Shown here: positions 44,163 through 54,370 of the stretch, in pieces
Layout: each line of letters begins with the position of its first letter
How positions within the stretch are numbered: the stretch's first letter is position 1
DNA from: Candidatus Omnitrophota bacterium
GTDB lineage: Bacteria; Omnitrophota; Gorgyraeia; Gygaellales; Profunditerraquicolaceae
Direction of reading: 5' to 3'
Assembly: GCA_043800555.1 (NCBI GenBank)
Contig: JAZDMX010000023.1
Span: 9,101 to 73,100, forward strand
DNA length: 64,000 nucleotides
The notes under the pieces: model-generated
What the model saw: only the letters and a program-made list of their open reading frames with translations
What the model was told of the DNA's origin: nothing
Database searches by the model: none
Translations under genes and position numbers: made by a program

Positions 44163-44756
44163 CTATGATGGTTTAAGTATCCCTCCCGATACTATTAGTT
44201 TTATGCCTTCCTCCGCTGACATTTGTAAAAACTTTACCGCATTTTTGGGCACTAAGATGAAAAAGCCGCTCCACGGACTAGGGGTTGAGCCAATAAGCAC
44301 ATGCACGAGTTCCTGCCCTGTTAATTCCTGCGCCTCCCTAAACCCATCATTAGTCATAAAACCTACTGACCAAATTCCTTTTGAAGGATATTCTACCAAA
44401 ACTACCTTTTTAAACACCTTTTTATCCTTGGAAAAAATAAAAACGACTATTTGTTTAATAGGCGGATATACCTGCCGGACGCCGGGAAGCTTAAGGAACC
44501 ATCTTTCTATTAAAGGAAGCGCCTTTTTTCCCAATAGGTGAGAAACAACAAATCCTGTTAATAGAATTATTAGGATTGCTATAATGAAACCTAACCCGGG
44601 AATTGAAAAACCAAACTCTGCCTTTAAATGGCTATTGATAATTCTGCCGATGATATTATCAATCAGTCTGAAAATAATAACAAGAAGATATAGGGTGAGA
44701 AAAATCGGCAGAATAGTAAGCAATCCGGCGATAAAATATCGTTTTAATTTACTCAT
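44163..44756 (-). CDS. DUF502-family membrane protein
   Basis: Two N-terminal TM helices (LLTILPIFLTLYLLVIIF; FIIAILIILLTGFVV) and a family-typical pattern (GFSIPGLGF...LGKK...VRQVYPPIKQI). ATGA-coupled to the ATPase stop. Confidence 0.65.
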   Translation of the reverse strand: MSKLKRYFIAGLLTILPIFLTLYLLVIIFRLIDNIIGRIINSHLKAEFGFSIPGLGFIIAILIILLTGFVVSHLLGKKALPLIERWFLKLPGVRQVYPPIKQIVVFIFSKDKKVFKKVVLVEYPSKGIWSVGFMTNDGFREAQELTGQELVHVLIGSTPSPWSGFFILVPKNAVKFLQMSAEEGIKLIVSGGILKPS

Positions 44757-47443
44757 GAAAAATCCTCCTTTTGTTTCCATTTCCAAGCCTCCATTGCCCA
44801 CAAAGGAAGCGAAGAGATCCCAAGCACAAGCCCCCAATCAAATAACCCCAGCGGCTCGGTCTTAAATACCTTCTGCAAAAAAGGCGTATACACTACCATC
44901 ATCTGCAAAAGAAACGACACGAAAGTCGCCAGAACTAGTTTTTTATTCGTAAACGCTCCTAATTTAAACAAGGATTCGGTCATGCTTCTGCAGTTAAAAG
45001 AATGGAATAACTGTGAGCATGCAAGCACAATAAAAGCCGCAGTCCTTGCCCGGGCAATGCCTTCTTTTTCGATGTAAAGGACAAATACAAATGCCAGTAA
45101 ACTGCAAAAGGCGATAAAAGAACCCTGCATCAACATTAACATCGCCCGTTCTTTTGTGACCACCGCTTCCGTGGATTTACGCGGAGGCCGCTTCATGATA
45201 TTGGGGTCAACAGGATCAACTCCCAAAGCGAGCGCAGGCAGCCCGTCGGTTACAAGATTAACCCATAAGATATGTATCGGCAATAACGGCGCGGGAAGCC
45301 CAATCAAAGATGATACAAACATAACCAGTATCTCACCGACGTTGCATGAAAGAAGATAGTGGATAAATTTTTTTATATTATCGTAAATACCCCTTCCCTC
45401 TTCTACTGCCGCGACAATCGAAGCAAAATTATCGTCAGTTACAACCATGTCTGATACTTCTTTAGTAACATCTGTCCCGGTAATGCCCATGGCAACACCG
45501 ATATCGGCCTCTTTGACCGCCGGAGCATCGTTAACACCGTCTCCGGTCATAGCTACGACTTCGCCATGCCTGCGCCAAGCACGCACAACCTTTAATTTAT
45601 GCTCTGGAGAAACCCTGGCATACACCGAGATATTCCTAACTTCTTTATAAAGCTCATCGTCGCTTAATTTATCCAGTTCTTCACCGCTTAATGCTAAAGA
45701 ATCATCATTAAAGAATCCAAGTGCTCGCGCAATAGCGACTGCCGTATTCTTATGATCACCGGTAATCATTACCGTTTTTATGCCAGCGGCCTTACATTCC
45801 TGTATAGCTTTTTTTACTTCCTCGCGGGGCGGGTCTATCATCGCAACTAAACCCACAAATGTAAGCTCCCTTTCGATAATCTTTGCGTCGTGCTTTTCAT
45901 GACTTTTATCCAACTCTCTATAAGCAACTGCCAGCACCCGCATCGCCTCGCCTGCCAATTCGTTATTAATCTTTCGGATACTTGCTCTATCCTGCTCGGT
46001 TAGCTTTCTAACAGCACCATTTTCTTCAATGTTGATACAATCATCTAAGAGTATATCAGGCGCACCTTTGACAAAAGCGAATGCCTGCTCGCCATGTTCC
46101 CGAATAACCGACATCTTCTTTCGGTCTGAATCAAACGGTATTTCGTCAATCAATAAAAATTCTTTCTCTAATTTCTCTTTGGTTATGCCGGTCTTACCGG
46201 CAACGGTCAAAAGAGACCCTTCGGTCGGATCCCCAATAATTTTATAGACGCCAGAATTATTAACCAACTGCGCCCCATTACACAGCACGCCATAACGTAA
46301 CGTATTCTGCAAATCAGGATAATCAGCGATCAAAATTTGGTTTTTGCTAAACAAAAACGCACCTATAGGTGCGTACCCAATGCCGGTTACTTCAAAGAGC
46401 TTGCCTCCTGTAAATATCTTTTGCACAGTCATTTCATTTTTAGTCAGGGTGCCTGTTTTATCTGAACAGATAACCGTAGCACAACCTAAGGTTTCAACAG
46501 AAGGGAGTTTACGGATAAGCGCTTGACGCCTGACCATCCGGTGGACGCCCAAGGCAAGCGCAATAGTGACTACCGCAGGCATACCTTCCGGGATAGCAGC
46601 GACCGCTAAACTTACCGACGTTAAAAACACATCCACAATCTTACCGCCCCGCAGCCATCCTAGCAGGAATACCATTCCCACCATGACAAAACATAAATAC
46701 ACAATCCACTTACCGAACTCTTCTAATTTCTTCTGTAAAGGTGTAGCCTCATGTACGATTGCCTGTACTAACCCTGCGATTTTCCCCAGCTCTGTCTGCA
46801 TTCCGGTATAAACAACGAGCGCTTTCGCTTTGCCGGATGCAACCGAAGTCCCCATATAAACCATATTTGCCCGATCAGCAAGCGGGATATCTTTTTCTTC
46901 TAAAGCGCGGGCAGTCTTTGCAACAGGCGTCGATTCCCCGGTGAGACTGGCTTCCTGCACGCCAAAATTTGCGCTAATCCAAACAAGGCGACTATCCGCA
47001 GGGACGCTGTCACCGGCTTCAATCTCAATCACATCTCCGGGAACTAACCCTGACGAAGGAACGGCTTTATGCTGACCGTCGCGGATAACTTTTGAAGAGG
47101 GGCTTGATAAACTTTTTAGAGCCGCAAGGGACTTTTCTGCGCGGTATTCCTGGATAAATCCTAAAATCGCGTTTACTATAACAATCGCAATTATGGCGAG
47201 CGAGTCTATCCATTCCTGCAGGAACCCGGAAACAAATGCCGCACCGATAAGAACCCAGACAATAAAATTATGAAATTGTTCTAAGAAAATACTTGCGGGT
47301 GAACGCCCCTTCGCTTCCCTTAATTGATTTGGACCGTACTTATCCAATCTGGTCTTTACTTCCTGGACAGAAAGACCCTGGCTTAGGTTCGCCCCTAGCA
47401 TCTCAATCGCTTCCTGAATATCCAAATGCCACCAATCGTTCAT
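44753..47443 (-). CDS. Calcium-translocating P-type ATPase (P2A/P2B type)
   Basis: Phosphorylation site DKTGTLT, TGES, and the hinge motif [10 protein letters not shown]. Ten predicted TMs. Cation-transporter N-terminal domain. Confidence 0.9.
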   Translation of the reverse strand: MNDWWHLDIQEAIEMLGANLSQGLSVQEVKTRLDKYGPNQLREAKGRSPASIFLEQFHNFIVWVLIGAAFVSGFLQEWIDSLAIIAIVIVNAILGFIQEYRAEKSLAALKSLSSPSSKVIRDGQHKAVPSSGLVPGDVIEIEAGDSVPADSRLVWISANFGVQEASLTGESTPVAKTARALEEKDIPLADRANMVYMGTSVASGKAKALVVYTGMQTELGKIAGLVQAIVHEATPLQKKLEEFGKWIVYLCFVMVGMVFLLGWLRGGKIVDVFLTSVSLAVAAIPEGMPAVVTIALALGVHRMVRRQALIRKLPSVETLGCATVICSDKTGTLTKNEMTVQKIFTGGKLFEVTGIGYAPIGAFLFSKNQILIADYPDLQNTLRYGVLCNGAQLVNNSGVYKIIGDPTEGSLLTVAGKTGITKEKLEKEFLLIDEIPFDSDRKKMSVIREHGEQAFAFVKGAPDILLDDCINIEENGAVRKLTEQDRASIRKINNELAGEAMRVLAVAYRELDKSHEKHDAKIIERELTFVGLVAMIDPPREEVKKAIQECKAAGIKTVMITGDHKNTAVAIARALGFFNDDSLALSGEELDKLSDDELYKEVRNISVYARVSPEHKLKVVRAWRRHGEVVAMTGDGVNDAPAVKEADIGVAMGITGTDVTKEVSDMVVTDDNFASIVAAVEEGRGIYDNIKKFIHYLLSCNVGEILVMFVSSLIGLPAPLLPIHILWVNLVTDGLPALALGVDPVDPNIMKRPPRKSTEAVVTKERAMLMLMQGSFIAFCSLLAFVFVLYIEKEGIARARTAAFIVLACSQLFHSFNCRSMTESLFKLGAFTNKKLVLATFVSFLLQMMVVYTPFLQKVFKTEPLGLFDWGLVLGISSLPLWAMEAWKWKQKEDFS

Positions 47444-47490
47444 TTCTCTTCACCTTCCAAACTCACCAATGCCCCTGCTATCTTCTCCAT

Positions 47491-47548
47491 AGTCCGTCTA
47501 TAGTACATCCATCGGCCAGCCAAAATTTTTAATATATACTTTTTTGAC
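47491..47548. repeat. ~60-bp direct repeat, copy B, upstream of the Ca-ATPase gene
   Basis: CCGTCTATAGTACATCCATCGGCCAGCCAAAATTTTTAATATATACTTTTTTGACAT. The TTGACA it carries could serve as the ATPase -35 element. Confidence 0.7.
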
Positions 47549-47647
47549 ATGACTTATTGCTTTATAAAATGTTACAAATGTTTTTGGCTATATATAAGGG
47601 GTGGTGTCAAAAACTGTAAGGCTAAAAAATACTTTTCTCATATCTTC

Positions 47648-47758
47648 TTAAACAGGGATAACAATCCAAACCGCAGACGCTGTAATCAAATACAGCGACG
47701 CTATCGCGATGGCAGATACCATAACCGCTTTCGGCACATCGCGCGCGGGGTTCTTCAT
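47648..47758 (-). pseudogene. 36-codon remnant resembling the N-terminal region of an APC-family amino-acid permease
   Basis: MKNPARDVPKAVMVSAIAIASLYLITASAVWIVIPV* matches the pattern of amino-acid/polyamine transporter helices. No downstream continuation. Confidence 0.35.
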
Positions 47759-47785
47759 TTCTCCGGAGGCGGCAAATAACAATAT

Positions 47786-48574
47786 CTATTGCCGGCTAAC
47801 CCTGCCGTTTTCGTTTAGAAAACGGATAAACCTTCCGGCGGATTTATCGAATACCGCAAAATTCTTTCCCTTGGCATCCAAACGAAAGTAATTCTTTATC
47901 TCCGGAGAGAAATTATTCCCGATTTTCTTTTGCCATAATATAGCGCCTCTTGCGTCTAAAAGGACAAAGAGCATGCCGGCCGTATCGTAATCAAAGGTAG
48001 CGGCTAATATTACTCCGGGCCCAGAGGAAACCTTTATCTGCGCCGATTCAGCAAAACCGCATTCTTTTACCCATAATAAATTTGCGGATGCAAAATCATA
48101 TAAATACAACCTTGCCTTATCTCTTCCGTTTTCGGTAAAAATATAGCGCGCTCCATCGGGCGAAATTGCCGCTTGGCTGATCCAAATCATACTACTTTTA
48201 CCCGAGTTGCCAAAACTGATTTCTTTGGCTACTTTGCCTTTATTATCATAAAAAGACAGCCCCTTAAACCCTCCTTCGTCATACATACCCCAGTTTGCCA
48301 ACGCGATACACTTGCCGTTATCGGAAATACTGGCTTTACCCGGGGTAAAGGGAATTTCTTTACTCCAGATCAGCCTGTTTCCTTCTTTAAAGGCGCACCG
48401 GGACGGGCTATTATCCGGATAGCCTAAGTTTTCTATTTCCACGCTGTAACGGCCGTTTTCAGACGAGAAAAACTCAACCGAGCCTGGTTTAGGGGGCATT
48501 CTCTTTGCCAGCGAGTAATCAGGCAAAGTTACGACGCAGCTAACCGCCATGAGAGATAAAATAATCCTGTTCAT
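47786..48574 (-). CDS. Hypothetical secreted beta-rich protein
   Basis: Signal peptide (LSLMAVSCVVTLPDYSLA). I recognise no family. Confidence 0.4.
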   Translation of the reverse strand: MNRIILSLMAVSCVVTLPDYSLAKRMPPKPGSVEFFSSENGRYSVEIENLGYPDNSPSRCAFKEGNRLIWSKEIPFTPGKASISDNGKCIALANWGMYDEGGFKGLSFYDNKGKVAKEISFGNSGKSSMIWISQAAISPDGARYIFTENGRDKARLYLYDFASANLLWVKECGFAESAQIKVSSGPGVILAATFDYDTAGMLFVLLDARGAILWQKKIGNNFSPEIKNYFRLDAKGKNFAVFDKSAGRFIRFLNENGRVSRQ

Positions 48575-48654
48575 TTATTGGCCCTCCGGTTATTCCCGGT
48601 TTTTGCGTTTATGCCGCCAAGACGTGCCACCGCAAGAAAAAAACGGCCGCCAGC

Positions 48655-50388
48655 CTATTTAACTTTCAAATAAACGTCCAAACGCTCATCATCATTTTCA
48701 GCAAGCCGGGTTTTATACAAATGCGGCGGAAGCGCAACGTTAAGTTCCGGGATATTATTGACGGGGTAATCAAAACACGGAAAGGAAATCTTCTTGTATT
48801 TATCTTTTTGCAGAAACCCGTTAAAGATATACGCGTTATCCGGATAGGCCTTCCTGAATACTATTATATCGGGGCGCATCTCTAAATCATTATAAATGTC
48901 GCTATTCCCATAGCCGATAATCGTCTTGCTGCCCAAATAATACATATAGGAATACTCTTCATAATTAGTGGCGATGACCAGTTTTTCCGGTTTTTCATAA
49001 TTAGATTTGATATAGGGGATAACAAAATCTAAAGGCCCCCGGTATCGGTGGGAAATCTCATAAATATGGCTTTTGAGAGCCCCTAGCTTGCCTGATCCGT
49101 CCAATATGAACGTAACGCTTATTAAAGACAGAAGAACTGCCTTAAGCCGCGCTTTCATGGCGGCAGGGTAATTGGCCCCGGATATATAATCGAATGCCAA
49201 AGAAGCATCTAACAAGAGAATGATCACTAAAACCGGCTGCAATATTATGTAATACCGCTCATAAATAATGAACACCGGCAACCTGGCAATAGCAAGAACA
49301 TAAACGGCAAAAAACAGGCTCAAGAAATTGGAGGCCTGCGCCTTCACATTCATCCGGAGCATATTCTCCTGGCCGGGCCCCTCCAGTGCGCCGGAACGCC
49401 GCAGGTAAAGCTTTACGAAGGCCAGGACTATCTTAACGATTAAAACCAGGGCTAAAAACTCGTATTTCAGGAAGAAATTCAGGACGCTGGCTATTTTCAT
49501 CCAGTAGACCGCCGGGCTTATATGAAAGGTTTTCGTAAAGTCCCCCCTGCCGGATGAGAAAATCTTAAAAAACGCAAGTATGGGGATTGACGCGACAAAA
49601 GAAACAAGCAAAGGAGAAATATTGGCTATGAAATTCTTTACGCCCCGGGCTCTAAATAAGCCCGGGAACTCGGATAATCCGATAACGGCTAAAAATATGA
49701 AGTAGGTGGGAGGGAAAACGTTAAAAAGAAGGAACAAGAACGCGGCCATAAGGAAAAAATAGGAAGCGAGGCTTATTTTCCTGGCAAAACGGTAGTTAAT
49801 ATAAAGATAAAGAATAGCCGCTGATAAGAAAACTGCCAGCGAATAATGCCTGACTTCCCTTAAATGCAAAACCAGCGATACCGACAATAACTCAAAAAAG
49901 GCAAAAATGACAGAAAATAGCAGTTTATCGGACAATCTCTTACCGAAGAGATTAATGACCGACAAAGCCATAAGGACCACCCCCATAAAACCAATGGCGG
50001 CAAAAGGGATCCTTACGGCGGCGGTCTTTACGTAGATATCGCTTATTTTCCGGGCGAAGAATTCTCCCGCGGCGCAGAAATAATATTGCCCCCAAACATG
50101 CCCCAGGTAGGCGTCAGTTTTCTCATCCACCCCGATTCCAGCAGGCAGGTTAGATATGTTGACCGTATTCTTACCGTCATGCACCTTGGGGTAACCGTAA
50201 TCTAAAACCCTTCCGGCATGCATGGCGGCTTCGGCTTCATCGTTCCACAAAAGCGGGTATTGAATATTCTTGAATAAACTAAACGCAAACAGGATAACCA
50301 GCGCAAAAAGCGCTCCGGAAAGTATTTTATTCTTGAAGCCTAACGAAGCATTCTCCATAGTGAATTCTTTAATTCCGCCTTGCGGCAA
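48655..50388 (-). CDS. Polytopic membrane protein, putative GT-C-fold glycosyltransferase (ArnT/PMT/YfhO-like)
   Basis: More than 10 predicted TMs. An acidic loop motif (WNDEAEAA) after TM1 resembles the GT-C DE motif. C-terminal soluble domain. Confidence 0.4.
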   Translation of the reverse strand: MPQGGIKEFTMENASLGFKNKILSGALFALVILFAFSLFKNIQYPLLWNDEAEAAMHAGRVLDYGYPKVHDGKNTVNISNLPAGIGVDEKTDAYLGHVWGQYYFCAAGEFFARKISDIYVKTAAVRIPFAAIGFMGVVLMALSVINLFGKRLSDKLLFSVIFAFFELLSVSLVLHLREVRHYSLAVFLSAAILYLYINYRFARKISLASYFFLMAAFLFLLFNVFPPTYFIFLAVIGLSEFPGLFRARGVKNFIANISPLLVSFVASIPILAFFKIFSSGRGDFTKTFHISPAVYWMKIASVLNFFLKYEFLALVLIVKIVLAFVKLYLRRSGALEGPGQENMLRMNVKAQASNFLSLFFAVYVLAIARLPVFIIYERYYIILQPVLVIILLLDASLAFDYISGANYPAAMKARLKAVLLSLISVTFILDGSGKLGALKSHIYEISHRYRGPLDFVIPYIKSNYEKPEKLVIATNYEEYSYMYYLGSKTIIGYGNSDIYNDLEMRPDIIVFRKAYPDNAYIFNGFLQKDKYKKISFPCFDYPVNNIPELNVALPPHLYKTRLAENDDERLDVYLKVK

Positions 50389-50399
50389 CTAACAAAATA

Positions 50400-50777
50400 T
50401 TATGCTTTGCCGTATTTTTTTATGCAATCGATAAGTTTTTTCGTGCTAACCGGTTTTGCCAATATCGGATGCCCGCCGATGACATTGCCGCTTTCGCCTG
50501 TTTCCTCATCAGTAGCCATGGCGGTCAGGAAAACAACCGGGATGTTTTTAGTCTCCTTGTTTTCGGCGAGGCAATTATAAACGCTTCCCCCGTCAATATC
50601 CGGCATAACGAAATCCAGGAAAATAAGGTCCGGCTTAAATTCTGCCGCTTCCGTTACCGCGCGTAATCCCGAAGTCAAAACCCGGACAGTATATTCGCCC
50701 GTCTCCTCAAGGTTAAGCTTCACCAGCTTGCCGATAGCCTCATCATCATCAACTACCAGTATCTTCGTCTTTTCCAT
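50400..50777 (-). CDS. Single-domain response regulator (CheY-like receiver)
   Basis: Receiver motifs: DD (VVDDDE), phospho-Asp (IFLDFVMPDIDG), T (VVFLTA), K (LAKP). Confidence 0.8.
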   Translation of the reverse strand: MEKTKILVVDDDEAIGKLVKLNLEETGEYTVRVLTSGLRAVTEAAEFKPDLIFLDFVMPDIDGGSVYNCLAENKETKNIPVVFLTAMATDEETGESGNVIGGHPILAKPVSTKKLIDCIKKYGKA

Positions 50778-50789
50778 GGCTCCTCCTTT

Positions 50790-52376
50790 TTATTTCTTAA
50801 AGGTTAAAACCGCGATTGCCCCGCTGCCGGAGTTATTCTTTATCTCAATTTTCCCTTTATGCATTTCCACGATGTTCTTGACCACAGACAGGCCTAAACC
50901 GGTCCCGCCGCTGGAGCGCTTCGTTGTAAAGAAAGGGTCAAATATCCTGCCTAAGGCCTCCTGCGGGATCCCCGGCCCGTTATCTTCAACCTCAAGAGAC
51001 ACCTCCCCTCCGGCGCCCCGGCAATAGGTCCTTAGCCTAATCTTTCCGCCTTTAGGAACCGCCTGTACCGCGTTCATAAGCAAGTTTATTACTACCTGCT
51101 CGATTTTATTCTTATCCAGCATGATCGCCGGAATCCCCGGCTGCATTTCCTTGATAACCTGGATGCCGTTTCTCTCAAATTGATGGCTTAATAAAGAAAG
51201 CGCCCTTTCACAGACTGAATTTATATCCTCCAAGCGGGTATCCAGCTTGGAAACCCGGGAAAAATCCAACAACCCCCGGATGATGTTATCCGCTTTTTCT
51301 ACCGCAATCTTTACGTTATTAAGCACCGGATAAATATCCTGGTTTTCGGAAGACACCTTCTTTTCCAGGTATTCAACCCCTTGCAATATTACGGTAAGAG
51401 GGTTCTTTACTTCATGGGCCACGCCGCTGGCCAACCCGCCGATAACCTGCATCTTGGCCGCCTGGATTAACTGCTCCTGGGTTTCCTTTAACTTAGCATA
51501 AGCTGCCGTCAAATCTTTAGTGCGCCTGGCCACCTGGGCTTTTAATATCGCGCTTAGCAGCATAAACAGCAACAACAGCCCCAGGGCCGATACCGAAAAC
51601 CAGGTCAAAAACTGCGAAATCCGGCGCGCCTTGGCATTGCCAAGCCATTTCTCAAGAGTTTTATAATAAAAAGAATTGCTCTCTTTCTTTAAGCCCGCTA
51701 TATTCCTATCGATAGCCTCAAGCAACGCCCGGTTCTTGCCTTTGGGGCTTGCCAGGCGCGCATCCTCGGGAGAAAATACAATCGCGGTTTTATTAATGTT
51801 ACCGGGGCTGGCGCGTTGGGCCCCGTATAAACGGCTCACGATGCCGGCATCAGCCCTTTTTTCCTCTAAAAGCCTGAATACCCCGGAATAGTCTCCGGCT
51901 TCAATAAAGTTGCAGTTAATCTTAAAGGCCTTGGCGAGTTTCTTGAATTCCAGGTAATATATATCGTTATTGACTCCCGCGATTACCTTGTTTCTTACGT
52001 CAAGAATCGATTGTATACCCGAGCCTTTCCTGGCGTAAGCCTCCCCCCAGTCGGATATGATAGATTCAAAGGTAAAATCGTAAATTTCACTTCGCGCTTG
52101 CGTATAAACGATATCCGCCAGAAGGTCTATCTCTCCTGCCTTAAGGCGCTCCAGGCACTGGGGCCATGAGCCGGGGACGTATTCAATTGTCCATCCTTCT
52201 TTGGAAGCGATTTTTCCCAGGATATCGACGCAGATGCCCTTGGGCTTACCGCCGTCGCCGATAAATAGAAGCGGCGCATCTTCATAGATCCCGACCTTGA
52301 CAGGGGCCCTGGCATCTGCCGCGTAAAGGTCAAACGCAAGCAACGCCGCAACCAAGAAAAGAACTGCCTTTTTCAT
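50790..52376 (-). CDS. Sensor histidine kinase with periplasmic solute-binding (SBP_bac_3-like) sensor domain
   Basis: Signal peptide, a family-3 SBP-like domain, a TM, HisKA (GVAHEVKNPL) and HATPase_c (DNGPGIP, GGTGLGLS). Confidence 0.8.
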   Translation of the reverse strand: MKKAVLFLVAALLAFDLYAADARAPVKVGIYEDAPLLFIGDGGKPKGICVDILGKIASKEGWTIEYVPGSWPQCLERLKAGEIDLLADIVYTQARSEIYDFTFESIISDWGEAYARKGSGIQSILDVRNKVIAGVNNDIYYLEFKKLAKAFKINCNFIEAGDYSGVFRLLEEKRADAGIVSRLYGAQRASPGNINKTAIVFSPEDARLASPKGKNRALLEAIDRNIAGLKKESNSFYYKTLEKWLGNAKARRISQFLTWFSVSALGLLLLFMLLSAILKAQVARRTKDLTAAYAKLKETQEQLIQAAKMQVIGGLASGVAHEVKNPLTVILQGVEYLEKKVSSENQDIYPVLNNVKIAVEKADNIIRGLLDFSRVSKLDTRLEDINSVCERALSLLSHQFERNGIQVIKEMQPGIPAIMLDKNKIEQVVINLLMNAVQAVPKGGKIRLRTYCRGAGGEVSLEVEDNGPGIPQEALGRIFDPFFTTKRSSGGTGLGLSVVKNIVEMHKGKIEIKNNSGSGAIAVLTFKK

Positions 52377-52393
52377 AATATTATTCCCCCGGG

Positions 52394-52783
52394 CTATTGC
52401 GGCCCGTGTTTAAGCTCAAGGGCTTTTTGTATCCTGCCGATAAGCTCATTCTTTTCTACCGGCTTTACTATATAATCCACTATCCCTTCTTTATAAGCGT
52501 TATATTTATCGGCGTTTTTATCCAAAGCCGATACGACAATAATAGGCACGGTTTGCCCAATCGGGTCTTCGTTCAATATCTTGCACACCTCCACCCCTCC
52601 TATGCCGGGCATAAGCAAATCAAGCAAAATTAAATCCGGCTTGAAATTGTAAAGGTGCGCTATCAGGTCTTTTGCGCTTTCTAATGTCGCAACCTCGAAC
52701 ATCCCGGTGTCTTCCAGATTCGCCTTCGTAAGCTTAAGAAATTCCTCCTCGTCGTCAATAATCATTATCCTTGTTCTAGCCAT
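52394..52783 (-). CDS. Single-domain response regulator (CheY-like receiver)
   Basis: Receiver motifs: IIDDEE, LDLLMPGIGG, IIVVSA, VKP. Confidence 0.8.
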   Translation of the reverse strand: MARTRIMIIDDEEEFLKLTKANLEDTGMFEVATLESAKDLIAHLYNFKPDLILLDLLMPGIGGVEVCKILNEDPIGQTVPIIVVSALDKNADKYNAYKEGIVDYIVKPVEKNELIGRIQKALELKHGPQ

Positions 52784-54350
52784 TATTATCCCCTCCTCCC
52801 GTCCTTAAAGTAACTCTGACCCTGGTCCCCTCTTTCTGCCTGCTCCTTAGCTCTATGCGCCCTCCATGCATGGTTATTATATTTTTAGTTACCGATAAGC
52901 CCAACCCTGCTCCTTCGCGCGGGCCCTTAGTAGTAAAAAACGGATCGAAAACCTTTTCCAGGTTCTCCGCGGGTATCCCTATGCCCGTATCTTCAATCTC
53001 GACTATAACGGCATTTTCTCCGGCAAAAGAACGCCTTCCCTTTTCTTTAGCTTGCGCCCCGGCCTCTGGCTCAAGCGCCTTCTCGCCATAGCTGCGTATG
53101 ATAATCCTTCCTCCGTCAGGCATAGCTTGTATCGCGTTTAAGAGTAAGTTGATAAATACCTGCTCCAGTTTATTTTTGTCCGCCATTACCGAGGGCAGCC
53201 CTTTTTTCATTTGCCTATCCAGCTCTATGCCGCCAAATTTCAGTTCATTTTTCAACAGGCTTAGCGAAACCTCAAGAATAGAATTTATGTCCTGTGGCTT
53301 AAGCTCGATACTTGAGGCCCGGGAAAAATCATACAAGGAATCAATGATTTTATCCGCTCTTTTGATGTTATCTTTAACCATCTTCACGGCCTCAAGGACC
53401 CCGGAGTCATCAGGGGGCATGCGGGTTTCCAGGTAGTTAATCCCCTGCAGTATTATTCCCAAAGGATTTCTTACCTCGTGCGCTACTCCGCTGGCTAATT
53501 GCCCTATGGCATGCAATTTCTCCGCGTGGATAAGCTGGTCCTGCGTTTCCTTTAATTTTGCATAGGCGTTTTTCAGCTCGTTTTCCGATTCCTTAAGCTC
53601 TGCTATATAATTCAACGTGCTTTCCGCCATCCTGTTAAACGAACTGGCAAGCTCCCCGATTTCATCATCCCTGCCAAGCTCCACCCGGGTGTTAAGGTCC
53701 CCTTTGCCGAATCCGGCTATCCCCTGCATCAGTTTGCTTAGCGGCTTTAACACGACATAGCGGGATAGCAAGAAAATCATTCCGATAGCCAGCAATATGA
53801 AGAAAAACCCCGTGATTACAGCGCGCCTGGCCAAACGGAAGATTTCTACATCAACGATTTCCGATAAGACTCCAAGCTTGATCAAACCGGCCTGTTCGCC
53901 TGAAGGCTTGTAAATAGGCAGCGTAAAATCATAGATTCTTTCCCTGGAGGCCGTAGTATAAAAGCGCAGTTGCCTCCATTCCAATTTCATTCCGGCTTGA
54001 GCTATCGAGTCTTTATAAACTAAACCCGGAATGCCGGAGTAGCTGTGGTAGATGAGTTTCCCGCGGTTATCCATGACAAAGCAGTATTTGGCAAAAGGGG
54101 TATTATAAACCATGTTCTGGCACTCTCTATCTATGCCTTCCAGCTCATCGAGCCCAAGGCCCAATTCCATAAGATCACCGATGACCCTCTGTAAAGTTTG
54201 AAAGCGGGAAAATACTTTTTCAACGACAGCTTCTTTGTAAGTGCGTGAGAAATCCCTGATATTCAGATAAGAATCCAGGGTTACCGTCAATAAGATGGTA
54301 ACTGCCGTAATTAATATCAGCTTTTCTTTTAATCTAAAACTTTTTTTCAC
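52776..54350 (-). CDS. Sensor histidine kinase with Cache-like periplasmic domain and HAMP
   Basis: N-terminal TM, a periplasmic domain of about 150 aa, a second TM, HAMP, HisKA (GVAHEVRNPL) and HATPase_c (DTGIGIP, GAGLGLS). Confidence 0.8.
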   Translation of the reverse strand: MKKSFRLKEKLILITAVTILLTVTLDSYLNIRDFSRTYKEAVVEKVFSRFQTLQRVIGDLMELGLGLDELEGIDRECQNMVYNTPFAKYCFVMDNRGKLIYHSYSGIPGLVYKDSIAQAGMKLEWRQLRFYTTASRERIYDFTLPIYKPSGEQAGLIKLGVLSEIVDVEIFRLARRAVITGFFFILLAIGMIFLLSRYVVLKPLSKLMQGIAGFGKGDLNTRVELGRDDEIGELASSFNRMAESTLNYIAELKESENELKNAYAKLKETQDQLIHAEKLHAIGQLASGVAHEVRNPLGIILQGINYLETRMPPDDSGVLEAVKMVKDNIKRADKIIDSLYDFSRASSIELKPQDINSILEVSLSLLKNELKFGGIELDRQMKKGLPSVMADKNKLEQVFINLLLNAIQAMPDGGRIIIRSYGEKALEPEAGAQAKEKGRRSFAGENAVIVEIEDTGIGIPAENLEKVFDPFFTTKGPREGAGLGLSVTKNIITMHGGRIELRSRQKEGTRVRVTLRTGGGDNNG

Positions 54351-54370
54351 CGCTTATTTCCCGCCTTAAA

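Noticed and set aside
44130-47548. Short peptides (MSKKY..., MKEDKKKVF...) encoded at the ends of the ...TTTTTTGACAT repeats, read as possible leader peptides
   Set aside because: The copies share their nucleotide sequence in different reading frames, so the similarity is DNA-level rather than protein-level.
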